Below, in pieces: positions 50,591 to 63,809 of a DNA stretch of 64,000 nt. A model generated the notes under the pieces. The model had not been told where the DNA came from. It searched no databases and worked only from the letters and a program-made list of their open reading frames with translations. This DNA comes from Sminthopsis crassicaudata (Eukaryota). The stretch's first letter is position 1; each line of letters starts with the position of its first letter. The translations under genes were made by a program, and so were the position numbers. Where the stretch lies: contig NC_133617.1 of NCBI RefSeq assembly GCF_048593235.1, positions 560,646,958 through 560,710,957 on the forward strand. Reading direction: 5' to 3'.

Positions 50591-52719
50591 TATGCCACAG
50601 ACTTTCTACTGGCCTCTTTATCTCAAGTCCTCACGCCAATCCAACCTTCAGCCATTTGACAAACTGATTTTACAAAAGTGGAGATCTATCCATGTCACCC
50701 CCATCCCCACTCAGTAAAGTCTGTTGACTTCATGTTACCTCCAAGACCAATTTAATATTTTTTTTAATTTGGCATTTAAATTCTTTATAACTTAGCCCTT
50801 TCTTACTTTTATTTTTGTCTAACACTTTATTCTTCACATTCTCTATAATCTGGCTACATTGACCAACTTTCTCTTCCTCAAATGTGCCATTTTATTTCCT
50901 GTCTCCTTGCTTTTCTCATATTTCCCAGTTAGTTTTCTTCAAATGTCAGCTCACATATCACCTTCATCAGGAAGTTTCCAGCACTAATTTTATAAGACAA
51001 CCAAATTCTCAAGGGAAATATAGAAAGATGAGAAGTAGAAAAGGAAAAAGATAATTTAGACAAATAATACATCAAATAACTTAAAATACAGAATTTTAAA
51101 TTGCATATAAATATTGGTTTAATCTACCAAAATATAAATTAGAAAAAAATGGACCTTTCTTAATATGTGACACTTTAAAAGGGTCCACATTTTTTCAAGG
51201 ATATATTGCCTAAAACTTTTTCCTTCAAATTAAGATATATATGTATATATGTGTTCTGCTCACATCTTTAAGCACCAAAAGTAACACAATGGGTTCTCAA
51301 CCAATAGGATTGGTTTTTTTCCTCCTTCAATAAGTTCAGTGTGTTTGTATTGAAAACAACATTGTCAAACCCAGTCCAAAACACAAGAAAAATGATTTTT
51401 TTAAGTAAAATATTGTGTGTGACTCTATCTTTAAGTAAAGTTGTCCTTCAGCAGTTTGTGAACATCTCTTATTAAATATTACAGCAATAGATGTATTAAT
51501 TTCCCAAGAAGAATCTCAGTATCCATCATGCTGCCACATTTGGCCTTGCTGCTCTATATGACAGACCTGCTGTAGCTGAATATCCAAAATCTCAGCCATT
51601 TTGTATTAGACAGACCTTGGATAGACAGCAATAAGACAAGTACTGAATTCATGTCATTTCATTTCCTCTACTACCCAGCCCTGACAGATATGGGCTCACA
51701 AACTAAGAGATAACTCTCACTAAAGCAGAAATGGTAATGTTCAGAATCTCTTTGATCTGATAGGATTTATTTTTCCTCACACAGGACTTTTATGATGATA
51801 AAGAAACAAAACTACCCTAAGACATTCAGACCTAACTCCTAAAAATGAGGTTTGATTTTAAAAGTAGCATTAGAACATTAGGTCATGTTTGTTCCCTTCT
51901 TAGAAATGAAAATGGCTATGTTTTCCAAATGTCAATATTAAAGAGCTACATAGAGGACACCTTCCCCATCGTAGGCATGCAGCACATCTCAATGTAAGAA
52001 ATTTATTGTATTCAGCCCATCATATGACACTCAGTTATTTGCATTTTTAGAATTTTGTGCAAAACTTTTTTTCTTCTTTTATTTCACACTAATGCATTTT
52101 TCTAGCTCCAATTTCCTTTGCTTTATTTAGTAGTTCTTTGAATCTAATAATCTAAGAAAAATTACTGGGTTGCAAAAAGATTTGGACTACTTACTAGGAA
52201 CAATGAAAGGAAAAATACATAAACGCAGTAGAACCACTGCAAGAAATATTCTGGTTTGCCCACCCTTAAATAGGGATTGAAGGAATAGTAGGGACAGATA
52301 GTTATTAAGCCTCTTACCCCATATAAGCATATTGCATGATATTATGTTTATAGTGTCATCAGTCCTACAAATGTCCTACCCCAAATAGTTCTGCTTCAGG
52401 AGCTAATACTCCAGAATTTTGTCAAGTCAGGTTAAGTAAACAGTAGCCAAAGCTTTCTTATTCCTCAATTCACTATAAATACAGAATGGGGAATTTTATC
52501 TGTCCAAATGTCCCTTAAAGATGGTAGAAAAGCATTGAAAAAAAGAACTAATAAATTTCATTGTATTCCCCTTGTGCCGCTTTGCCTTTCTTCTTCCTTC
52601 ACCCCCTTCCCAATTCTTTTTCCCTCTCCCCTTTCATCTCCTCTCTTCTTTTTCTCTCCTCTCCTCTTTCCTCCCCACATCCAATTTTTCTTTCTTTCTT
52701 TTTGGGGAGTGGGGGTAAA

Positions 52720-52836
52720 ATGGACAAGGCAATCAGTATTAAGTGACTTGCCCAACATCACACAGTTAAGTGTCATATCTCAGAATACATTTGAATTCAA
52801 GTCCTCCTGACTCAAGGTCCAGTACTCTGCCACTGT
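52720..52836 (-). mobile_element. WSINE1/Mar-type SINE fragment
   Basis: aggcaatcagtattaagtgacttgcccaacatcacacag...tttgaattcaagtcctcctgactc. Confidence 0.7.
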
Positions 52837-53339
52837 CTTTCTTTTAATAATGTTAAATATTTTGGGTGTTTTTTCCTGTTCATGGATCAACCTCTTGATG
52901 ATGACTGCCTTAGCTAGTCTGATTCTGAAATATAATAAAAGCTCCTTGAAGGAAGTAACTGTCTTGTTTCCTTATATTTGGATCCCTATGACTTAGTACA
53001 TGAAGAATGATCCATTAATGTAGAAAGGAGCAAGACAGAATGAAATTTGCCTTTTCTTATAATTGGGTAGTAGGAAACTAGGAGTTTGAAAACATGGAAG
53101 AACAGGCATGGGGAATGGGCATCGAGGAAACTCGGTTTTATCTGAAATGGACAAAGGAAGGTTGAAAAAGCACAAATACAGTTTGGGTCAGAAATAAATT
53201 TGGAAAAAGTACTATTTAGAAATGACTTGTGATTAATTTTTTTTAATTTCAGAATTTTTTAAAATGGTAGAGCTGTGAATGACCAGGTATGTTTATTTTC
53301 AATCTGATGCTTTTCCTAATATAGGTCAGCTATAGGAAA

Positions 53340-56300
53340 AACTCAGAATGCATAGTTTTCAACATTCACCCTTGCAAAACCTTGTGCTCCAATTTTTTTT
53401 CTCTCTACTTTCCTTCAACCCCCTGCCCTAGACAGCAAGTAATCCAATCTATGTTAAACATGTGCAGTTCTTATATATAGATATATATATATGTATATAC
53501 ATATACATATATATATATATATATCCATAATTATCAGGCTGAATAAGAAAAATCAGATCAAAAGGGGAAAAATGAGAAGGAAAACAAAAAGCAATCAAAC
53601 AACAAAGAAAAAAGTGAAAACATTATGTTGTGATCCACATTCAGCCCTTTCATCCTCTCTCTGAGTGCAGATGACTCTCTTCATTTCAAGACCTCTGGCC
53701 TGAATCACCTCATTGTTGAAAAGAGCCTTGTCCATCAGAATTGATCATTGTATAACTTGCTGTGTACAATGTTTTCTTGATTCTACTCACTTCACTTAGC
53801 ATCAGTTCATGTAAGTCTCTCCAGGCCTTTCTAAAATCATCCTGTTGATTATTTCTTATAGAACAATAATATTCCATAACATTCATATACCATAAGTTAT
53901 TCAGCCATTCTCCAACTGATGGATATTCCCTCAGTTTATAATTCCTTGACACTACAAAAAGGATTGCCACAAATATTTTTGCATATGTAGGTCCTTATGC
54001 CTTTTTGTGATCTCTTTGGGATACAAATCCAGTAAAAACCCTACTGGATCAAAATTATATAGCCCTTTGGGCACAGTTCCATGTTGCTGTCTAGAATGAT
54101 TAGATCAGTTCACAACTCCACCAACAATGCATTAGTGTCCCAGTTTTCTCACATCCTCTCCAACATTTGTCATTAACTTTACCTATCATCTTAGCCAATC
54201 TGAAAAGTATGTAGTGATACCTCAGAGTTGTCTCAAATTGACATTTCTCTCAATAGTTATTTAGGACATTTTTTCATATGACTAGAAGTTGTTTTAATTT
54301 CTTCATTTGAAAATAGTCTGTTCATATCCTTTGACCATTTATCAATTCAGAAATGGCTTGGATTCTTATAAATCTGAATCAATTCTCTATTTTTGAAATT
54401 AAGGCCTTTGTCAGAACCCTTGAATAAAAATGTTTTCCCATTTTACTGCTTCCCATTTAATCTTTTCTGCATTGGTTTTGTTTGTACAAAAACTTTTTAA
54501 CTTAATATAATCAAAATTACCCATTTTGCATTCCATAATGTACTTGAGTTCTTCTTTGGCCACAAATTCTTTCCTTCTCTATAGATCTGAGATGTAGATT
54601 ATCTTTTGTTCTTCTAATTTGCTTATTATATCACTCTTTAAGTGTAAATCATGAACCCATTTAGTCTTTATCTTAATATAGGACAATGTGTGGGCCAGTT
54701 TCTGTCATACTAATTTCCAATTTTCTCAGCAATTTTTGTCAAATAGTGAGTTCTTATCTCAAAAGCTGGGGTCTTTGGGTTTATCAAAAATTAGATTACT
54801 ATAGTCTTTTTCTATTGTGCCTTGTAAACCTAACCTATTCTATTGATCAACTACCCTTTCTTAGGTTTTGATGACTGCTTTTAGTTTTAGATCTGATACA
54901 ACTAGACCTTCTTCATTTGCATTTTTTTTATTAATTCCCTTGAAATTCTTGACCTTTTGTTTTTCCGGATGAACTCTGTTATGATTTTTCTAGATATGAA
55001 AAATAATTTCTTGGGAGTTTTATTGGTATGGCACCGAACAAGTAGATTAATTTATATAGAATTGTCATTTTTATTATATAAGTTGAGCAGTTGATGGTCT
55101 TCTGGTTGATTAGATCTGACATTGTGTGGAAAGTGTTTTGTAATTGGGTTCATATAGTTCCTAACTTTGTCTTGGCAGAGAGACTTCCAAATACTTTATA
55201 TATCTACAATAATTATAAATGGAATTTGTCTTTGTGCCTCTAACATATAGAAATGCTGATGATTTATGAAGATTTATTTTTATCCTGCAACTTTGCTAAA
55301 GTTGTGAATTGCTTCCAGGAGTTTTTTAATTGATTCTCTAGAATTCTCTAAGTATACCATCATATTATCTGCTAAGAGTGATAATTTGGTTTCTTTATTA
55401 CCTACTCTATATCTTTTTTTTTTCTTATTGCTAAAGCAAATATCTCCAATACAATATTGAATAGCAATGATGATAGTGAGTGACCTTGTTTCACCCCTGA
55501 TCTTGTTGAGAATAGTTCTAGTTTATTTCCATTAATAGATGCTTGCTGGTAGCTTTAAATAGATGCTACTAATCATTTTAAGGAAAATTCCATTTATTAC
55601 TATATTCTCTAGGGTTTTTAATAAGAATGCTTTTTCTGTATCTATTTAGATAAATAAATGATTTCTCTTAATTCAATTATTGATATAATCAATTATGCTA
55701 ACAGTTGTTCTAATAATGAATTGTCCCTGCACACCTGGTATAAATCCTATTTGGTCATGTTGTATTATTCTGATAATAATTTTCTGTAATCTCTTTGTTA
55801 ATATTTTATTTAAGATTTTTGTATTAATATTCATTAGGGAAATTAGTCTATAGCTTTCTTTTTCTGTTTTGACCCTACTTGGTTTAAGTATTAGCACCAT
55901 ATCTGTGTCATAAAAGGAATTTGGTAAGACTCCTTCTTTCTCTATTTTCCGAATACTTTGCAAATAAATCCATCTGGCCCTGGAGATTTCTTCTTAGGAA
56001 GTTGATTATTAGCTTGTTCGGTAGTATTCTTTTGCTATTTAAGTAATTTATTTCCTCCTCTGTGAATCTGGACATCTATATTTTTGCAAGTATTCATCCA
56101 TTTCACTTAGATTATCAGATTTATTGGCATACAGTTGGGCAAAATAGCTCCTAATTATTGCTCTAATTTCCTCTTCACTAGTGGCAAATTCATCCTTTTC
56201 ATTTTTAATACTAACAATTTGATTTTTTTCCTTTTTTTAATCAAATTAATTAAAGGCTTATCTACTTTGTTAGTTTTTTCATAAAACTAACTCTTAATTT

Positions 56301-56990
56301 TGTTTATTCAATGTTTTCTTACTTTCACTTTTATTAATCTGTCCTTTTGTTTTCAGAATTTCAGAAATGTTTTAGCATTTAATCAGGAAGTTTAATTTGT
56401 TCTTTTTTTTTTTTTTTAGTTTTTTTAGTTGCATGCCCAATTTATTGTAAATCTTCTCTTTCTCTATTTTATGCAAGTATCTAGAGATATAAAACTTCTC
56501 CTAAGAACTACCTTAGCTGCATCCCAAAAATTTTGATATGTTGTCTTATTATTGTCATTCTTGGGTGTCACTCATTCATTAGATTAGATTATTTAGCTTC
56601 CAATTAATTTTTGGCCTAGCTCTTTCTTTGGCTCTTCATTACATGTAATTACATGTACATAATCTGAAAAATATGTATTTATTATTTCTGCCTTTCTGCA
56701 TTTGATTTTGAGGTTTTTATGCTCTAATACATGGTCAGTTTTTGTGTAGGTTCCATGTATCACTGAGAAAAGAAGTACATTCCTTTCTGTCTCCATTCAG
56801 TTCTCTCCAAAAATCCATCATACCTAACTTTTTGAAAATTCTATTTACCTCCTTAGTTTCTTTCTTATTTATTTTGTGGTTTGATTTATCTAGTTCTGAT
56901 AAAGCAAGGTTGAAATCTCCCACTAGCATAGTTTTGCTATCCATTTCTTCTTTCAGCTCTCAACTTCTCTAGGAACTTGGAAGCTATAAC
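53340..56990 (-). mobile_element. L1 LINE (~3.6 kb), decayed ORF2 (EN, RT, C-terminus) plus 3' UTR
   Basis: ORFs 56735-56944 (LVGDFNLALSELDKSNHKINKKE, EN), 55673-55963 ([20 protein letters not shown]...[11 protein letters not shown]) and 53710-53970 (C-terminus/3' UTR). Confidence 0.93.
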
Positions 56991-57002
56991 TTGGTGCATA
57001 TA

Positions 57003-57372
57003 TGTTGAGTACCATGTTCCAGTCCTTTGATCCTTTAAATTGGAAGCTGCTAGGTCCTGGGTAATACTTATTGTAGCTAATTTGTTATGCATTTGTGTTG
57101 CCAAGAGGGAACCACCTGCCAGTGGCTGCTGGCAGTCTAACTCAGACCTGTAGAATAGATCTCTTCCTGTGAGAGGACGATGATGATACAAGGATACTGA
57201 GAGGCAATTGCATTCTCTGACCTCTCTCCTCTTCCCTCTTGCTTCAAATTTATTTCATTCCCAATCCACAAGGAACATCTGCGTTAGTAAAGACTGCTTT
57301 GCTACTCCTTCAACTGTTATGATTCACAGCTGTGAATTGACCTGCCCCTTCACTTAGGCATGGTCCTTAACA
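57003..57372 (-). mobile_element. Solo ERV LTR (370 bp) inserted in the L1 endonuclease region
   Basis: TG...CA termini (tgttgagt...ccttaaca), higher GC; L1-like sequence on both sides; flanks catata / catgtg are a possible degenerate TSD. Confidence 0.7.
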
Positions 57373-57751
57373 CATGTGAGGTGATAAATATCACTTAAAC
57401 TATAGCTTTTTACTGGGGGAAAAGGGGGGGGGAATAAGCATTTACATAGTACCTACTACATGTAAGTCAGTATGCGAAGCACTTTTATATAATTATTAAA
57501 TCATTTCATCTCATTTTGATATTATCGTTGGATTTCTTAATCTTTAGTTAGTTTTGTATAAACTTTAGGGTTTTGCTGGAGTAGGCATGTGGAAGCTCTG
57601 CTTCTGCTTTAGATACCCTCGACAGAAAAGCTACAGCTTTGAATAGCTGTGTGAACTTGGACAAGTCACTTAGGCTCTCCAGGTTTCAATTTACTCAACC
57701 ATAAAATTAGAGTTGATTAAATAATCTCTACAATCCCTTCTTAGGCGAAAC

Positions 57752-57982
57752 GAGAGCACTAATACTGAAGTCAGGAATATCTCCTTTCTGATTTCAGATC
57801 TGGCCTTAGACACTTAAAAGCTATGTGATTCCGGACAAGTCATTTGACCCTTTTTGCCTCAGTTTTCTTATCTTTAAAATGAGCTGAAGAAGGAAATGGT
57901 AAGTGACTCCAGTCAGTATCTTTGTCCAGAAAATCCCAAATGGGATCACAGAGAGTCAAACACAACTGGATCAACAACACAA
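57752..57982 (+). mobile_element. Mar1-type CORE-SINE
   Basis: gtcaggaa...tcagatctggccttagacactt...aaggaaatggtaag...aatgggatcacagagagtcaaacacaactgg. Confidence 0.75.
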
Positions 57983-58005
57983 GTCCTTCTTAAAATTCTG
58001 TGGCC

Positions 58006-58205
58006 TTATTGTCATTCTTGGATGTCACTCATTCATTATATTAGATTATTTAGCTTCCAATTAATTTTTGGCCTAGCTCTTTCCTTGGCTCTTCATTACA
58101 TGTAATTGCATGTACATAATCTGAAAAATATGTATTTACTATTTCTGCCTTTCTACATTTGATTTTGAGGTTTTTATGCTCTAATACATGGTCAGTTTTT
58201 GTGTA
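58006..58205 (-). repeat. 200-bp direct duplicate of 56549-56748 (L1 EN-linker segment)
   Basis: Offset 1457 bp, six substitutions by my count and no indels. Confidence 0.9.
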
Positions 58206-58324
58206 AGTAATTTGTGTATAATTCTTATATTGTAGCATTCTGTCATATACTAGTGCTTCCTCAGATTCTTTTAACTTTTGCAAAATTCTAACCATCTTTT
58301 ACACCAAATATAGCGAAATAATAG

Positions 58325-58510
58325 TAAAAGACACTGAGACACACAGAGAGACACACATACAGAAAGACAGCGAGTATAAGAGGAAACAGACAGAGACAGG
58401 GAGGAAGGGAAGGAAAGAGAGAGAGAAGCAGAGAGGGAGAGAGAGAAGGACCAATGAAGAGAGAAGGGGATAGGGGGAGAGTGAGAGAGAGAGAGACAAA
58501 GACAGAGAGA
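58325..58510. repeat. (CA/GA)-rich purine low-complexity tract
   Basis: Read directly; accounts for ORFs 58271-58534. Confidence 0.85.
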
Positions 58511-60846
58511 ATAATCACCAATTTCCCCCCACATATTAAAAATAGTAAATGTTTACATATTTAAATGATTAAATTGAGTATGAATACAGTCTTTGGTGAG
58601 GTCTTTATATCCCAGAAAGTATACAAACTCTAAAGGTTTCATACTAATGTCAGAAGTTAATAAGAATAAAACAAACAACAAAATTATATATTCCCTCTTC
58701 CAGGCAAGAGCATGGAGTTATTAACTAATAAAAATGCAGAAGTGGTTTCTTATGAAAAATCTATATGCTGACAAAAAAAATCTAGCCGCAAAGATCAGAA
58801 ACATTTATCAGAGGGGCTCATGTTCCTGATAAATATTTAAGTGTGTGAGGCAGAACCATTGAGAACAGTAAATACTTTATAGCTGGCACTTTGTCAAAAC
58901 TATAAGTGGCTCTGCCTTAGAATTTTACATCATCCCTGAATTTACAGTCATTTGATAAGTGGCATAGGACAAGAATTACTTCTTTCTAAATCTAAACCAG
59001 GTAATAAATCTACCATCAGGATTCTTCTTATTGTCTGTTATCGTCTGATGACAATACCTTTTACCTTCATTGTCTTGGCAGAAATATGACATGTAAAATT
59101 GTAATGTCACATCACTCACTGTGATTTAACACTATCCAGCCCATATCATTTTAATCAATCAAAATTGTCACTTTTTAGTATAATGATTTTGTGGTGAATT
59201 CCAGTGTTTAATATAATAGATAGTCTTATCTACTGGTTGATTTATTGTTTCATTCCAAAGTCTTAACAGCTCAGAAAACCATTCTTGCTCTTGGACATCT
59301 TTGGAATTAAAAAACAATATGTATATAATAATATGTATATCCATATATATTATAATCGCATTTGATATGACCACTTAAAATCCTTTTTGTTTTTATACAT
59401 TTTTAAGAGGCCACTTAGAATTTTGTAACACTTCTGAATTATAAGAGGGGCATGGATTAGGTCATCCAAGTAAATCCAAGTTTCTGTATCATCACCTATA
59501 ATTACCATAACAAATCATCAGGGAACAGATTAAAAAAAATAATAACCTTTATCACTTGACATTCTTTTTGTAGGGTACTGAAAAGGCTGGGATCCAATAT
59601 TTCAGCAAATACTGGAGCAAAATGTGTTTATATGACTAAATGGTGTATTCTCAGGTCAGAAAAGTATGACTGTATAGTATGAGCTTAATTAAGGCTCAAT
59701 ACATTTTGAATGAGAAAGAAACAATTATTTTGTTGTACTATAAAATTATGTAGACAAAGATGATTCTCTCTTTATCTCTCTTTGATCTCTCTCTGAATAT
59801 ATATACATATGATTATATGTATGTATATATATATATATATGTTATGTGTATTGTGCATATTTATACATATATAGTTGGTGAAAATAATTCAGATAACCAC
59901 TTGAAATAATTAAGTATGTTAAATATTATCACTTGAGGTAATTAAAAATAAATGTTTTGATTTCTTGAAGAAGTAACATCATAGTGGTTTGCCAAAGAAT
60001 AAATATCAAATATAATTATGAAATGTTAACCCCTCCTTTCTAACATCCAAGTTGATGTCATTCATTCTTAGCAGTGTGAGGCCTCACTGATTCTGTTGCT
60101 ATTTAAGGAAGCCGATCCAATATTCAATCAACTGTCTCACCTCATCACTGTTCCTTCCAGTGTTATCCTGGGCAATTCACTCAGAAGATTGTCTGACTTC
60201 ATGTGATTCAAGTAAATTTTCCATGAGGCCTAACTTTCTAGTCTTGACAGCATCCACTGGCAAGGAAATGGGTAAAAATGGGAATTGAAGAAGAATGTTG
60301 AGGGAATAGTAGGACAAGCCACAACATGAGAGAAACTGACATCCAGAAAAATCTGGGACAGGACTGATAAAAATAAGATAAATTTTTCTGCTGATAGTTC
60401 AAAGGTTTATAAGCAAAAAGCAGATGTTTTACATTGAAAATAAAAATCTTCTACTCATTGAGCTATCAATTAATATTTATTAATCACCTACTATATTGCA
60501 AGCATTATTTTAAGTGATGAGAATATTAAAAAAAAAAAAAAAAAAAAAGACGTCCCTGTTCTCATGGGATTGAGAAGAAATTGGTAGAAAGACAGAAAAT
60601 GACCAGAGTTAATAAACTGGATTGAGTAGCTGAGTAGCTCAAATATATTTGTTGAGAGCCCACTACATACTAGAAGCTATGAAAAGTCCAGATCCCTCAC
60701 CAAAAAAAATTAAGGAACAAGATCTCTATTTCCTCCAAAATTGATATTTTGTGGAGTATGAAAAATGTATAAGCATAAAAATGATCTAAAATAAATGCTG
60801 TACCAATTAGTACAAGTGACTAGAAGGCAAACTGAATGCATACATG

Positions 60847-61106
60847 AGGAAGGAAGCATTTATAAAGAACCTCTTATGTGCCAGGTACTATGCTAAATGG
60901 TTTTACAAATATCAAATCATTTAATCCTCATAAAAACTATGAAAGATATTATCACTCCCATTTTACAGATGAAGAAACTCAGGCAAACAAAAATCAAGTG
61001 ACTTGCCTCTGGTCACACTGCTGATAAGTATCTGAAACCAGAAATGAACTTGGATCTCATTGACTTCAGGTCCAGCATGCTATCTACTGCACTATTTATT
61101 TGCCTC
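60847..61106 (-). mobile_element. CORE-SINE with L2-type tail
   Basis: aagcatttataaag...tgtgccaggtactatgcta...cccattttacagatgaagaaactcaggcaaac. Confidence 0.8.
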
Positions 61107-62557
61107 TACATGAGGGAAGAAAGAATAGAATCAAAATTATATGATTTCAAATACAGAAGGATATCTATGGAGAAAAGAAGAATAGGAGGCTTGGGGGAAA
61201 GGAGGGTTTGAAGTGGATTTCTGAAGGATATGGATAAATTTGATGTTCCACACAGACATGGGGAGTCTCAAGTGTGCCCACATGGGAATGAGACTGGCCA
61301 TGGGTACAGGCTAACAAAGAGAAACGACAAAGAATGCTCTGCCTTCATTTTAATGGAGAGTTCCTTCCTTTTCCCCTATCAACAATTCTGAGTACAAGAG
61401 TAAATAAGAATCAAGTTCACCTCCCCTCTGACTACCAACCTTGAGAGATCACATTGCCATGGAGATCCCAGAGTAGCAGCTCTACAGATAACAGGAGTTC
61501 AGAGGAAGCTGGTCACCCCACAAGATTTGGCATTCATCCACAGATGAGGCTGCCAGAGACTGACTGCAGGAAACTGAGAAAGTTCTGCCAGCCTTGACCT
61601 TCAATCATTTACATCACTGTGGGACTGAGACAAACTAATGCTGGCCTGCGCTTTATACTAATTAGCTTCAGATTCTGCGGATTTTGGCCTTAATCATATC
61701 CCTTGTCCCCTCTTCCTTCAGTCCTATAATCTAAATTCATTTTTCTGCAATAATTCTGCTTACAATTTTCCCAGGGATTTCCAGGTTGTTGCATTCTCTT
61801 GCTAAATAAATTGGTTTCAATCAGCACTAAAGAATCCATCCAACTACTCTTTATAATGGGATGTAGGTAATATAATAAATATAGCAATGAACTTGAGTTC
61901 AAATCCTGCTCCATACAACTTAATCTTGCTCTCTGATCCATGCAAATGGACTTGGAAAGATTCCTACAAAAACCCCAAGTGATTTATATGCATGGCACAT
62001 TGGCCATCATTCTATTAATTAATGAATTCATCAACCCCAGAAAGTGAGATTCTCTGTTGTACAGTAGCCCCAGTATCTGCTAGCTGAAGTCCAGCTGTCT
62101 CAAATGAAAATTGAAATAGATTTAAGTTCAATAAGAACAGAACAAAATATAACCAATAATGACTGACCTTACTAGTATTCATCAAATACATTTAAAACCA
62201 AAAGCATCTCTCCCCTGAAATCCACATTTTCTTTTCAAATTTCTCATTCCTATGAAGGTCATTACCATTCTTGAAATAACCAGGCTCAAAACATCAGGAT
62301 CATCTTTAATCCCTCATTTACACTCATGACATATATCCAGTCATTTGAAAAAATTTGTCATTATCATTCCATCTCTCTTTTACACTACCTTCTCTCTACT
62401 CACATGGCCACTATCCTAGGACAGTCCCTCATTTCCTATTGCCTGGGCTATTTTAATGCTCTTTTTATGGGCTTTCTGCTTTCTCTCTTTCTTTTCTGGG
62501 CTTTCAATTCTCTCACCACTTGAAACATTAGATTGCCAAAATTATTTTCCAAAAATT

Positions 62558-63642
62558 ATTTGTATGAAAATATTTTTTAGAAAGAAACTATCAACAGGAT
62601 GATTTCAGAAAGGCCTGGAGAGACTTATATGAACTGATTCTGAGTGAAGTGAACAGAACCAGGAGAACATTATACACAGCAACAAGATTATATATTGATG
62701 AATTCTGAATGAACCTGACTCTTTTCAACAGTGAGATGATTCAGGCCAATTCCAATAGATTTGTGATGGAGAGAGCCATCTGCACCCAAAAAAAGGACTG
62801 TGGGTACTGAGTGTGGATCACAACATAGCATTTTCACTTTGCCTTATTGTAATTTGCTTGCATTTTGCTTTCTTCTTATTTTTTTTCCTTTTTGGTCTGA
62901 TTTTTTTTGTTCAGCATGATAATTGTGGATATATATGTCTAGAAGAATTGCACATTTAACATATTGGATTATTTGCCATCTAGGGGAGGGAAGAGAGATT
63001 TTTAAAAATTGCAACACAAAGTTTTGCAAGGATAAATATTGAAACTATCCATGAATATATTTTAAAAATAAAAAATTTTAAAATATTTATAGCAGCTTTT
63101 TTATGGTGGCTGGGAATTGGAAATTGAAGAGCCATCCATCAATTGGGGAATAGATGCACTAGTTGTGGTGGTATATGATTATGATGGAATATGATTGTAG
63201 ATGTTTTCAGAAAAATCTGAAAATACTTACATAAACTGGTAAAGAGTGAAGTGAGAAGAACTAGAAAACTATTGTACACAATAATAGCACTATTGTACAA
63301 GGAAGATATGTGAATACCTTGATCCAAGACAATATCAAAGGATTCGTGATGAAAAACGCTATCAGCCTCCAGAGGAATAACCTATGGAGTCTGAATTCTG
63401 ACTAAAGAATACTATTTTTAATTTTCCTTTTTAATGTTTGAGTTTTTCTTCCACAAAATGATTGATATGGAAATGTTTTTCATGATTACATATATATACC
63501 TATCTTATTTGATTGCTTACAATCACAGGAAGGGGAGAGAGAGGAAGAGATAGATTTTTAAACTTAAAAATAAAAATGTTTAAAATTGTTTTTACTTCTA
63601 ATTGGAGAAAATAAAAATATTTTTAAAATAAATAAAAATAAA
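62558..63642 (+). mobile_element. Older L1 3' end (host of the younger L1), itself inside an L2
   Basis: atttgtatgaaaatatt / atttatagcagcttttttatggtggc is continuous L1 sequence; L2 flanks gattgccaaaattattttcc / atctgatcatgtcacttcc. Confidence 0.75.
62581..63079 (+). mobile_element. Younger L1 3' end nested in an older L1
   Basis: caacaggatgatttcagaaaggcctggagagactt...; near-TSD aaaatattttttag (62567-62580) / aaaatatttatag (63080-63092). Confidence 0.85.
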
Positions 63643-63809
63643 GTACATATCTGATCATGTCACTTCCTTATTCAATAAGCTTCAATGGTCCCTGTTAACT
63701 CTAGGATAAAATATAAACCTCCTTATTTGGCATTGAAAGCTCTTCATAACTTGGCCTTTTTCTATCTTTTCAGTCTTCTTACATGCTATTCCCTTCTGTG
63801 CACTATATG

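Noticed and set aside
58803-58834. 9-bp inverted repeat ATTTATCAG/CTGATAAAT
   Set aside because: Short, AT-rich and expected by chance; may be a DNA-transposon scrap.
60076-60211. 12-bp palindrome GTGAGGCCTCAC, a minus 27-nt exon-like segment (60141-60167, DNTGRNSDE) and a plus 51-nt exon-like segment
   Set aside because: Each has one weak splice site and they overlap on opposite strands. The 27-nt piece would be in phase with the 86-nt candidate, but the evidence is at chance level.
61440-61700. GC-richer unique block with ~50 open codons
   Set aside because: Bounded by stops, no paired splice sites, no recognisable protein.
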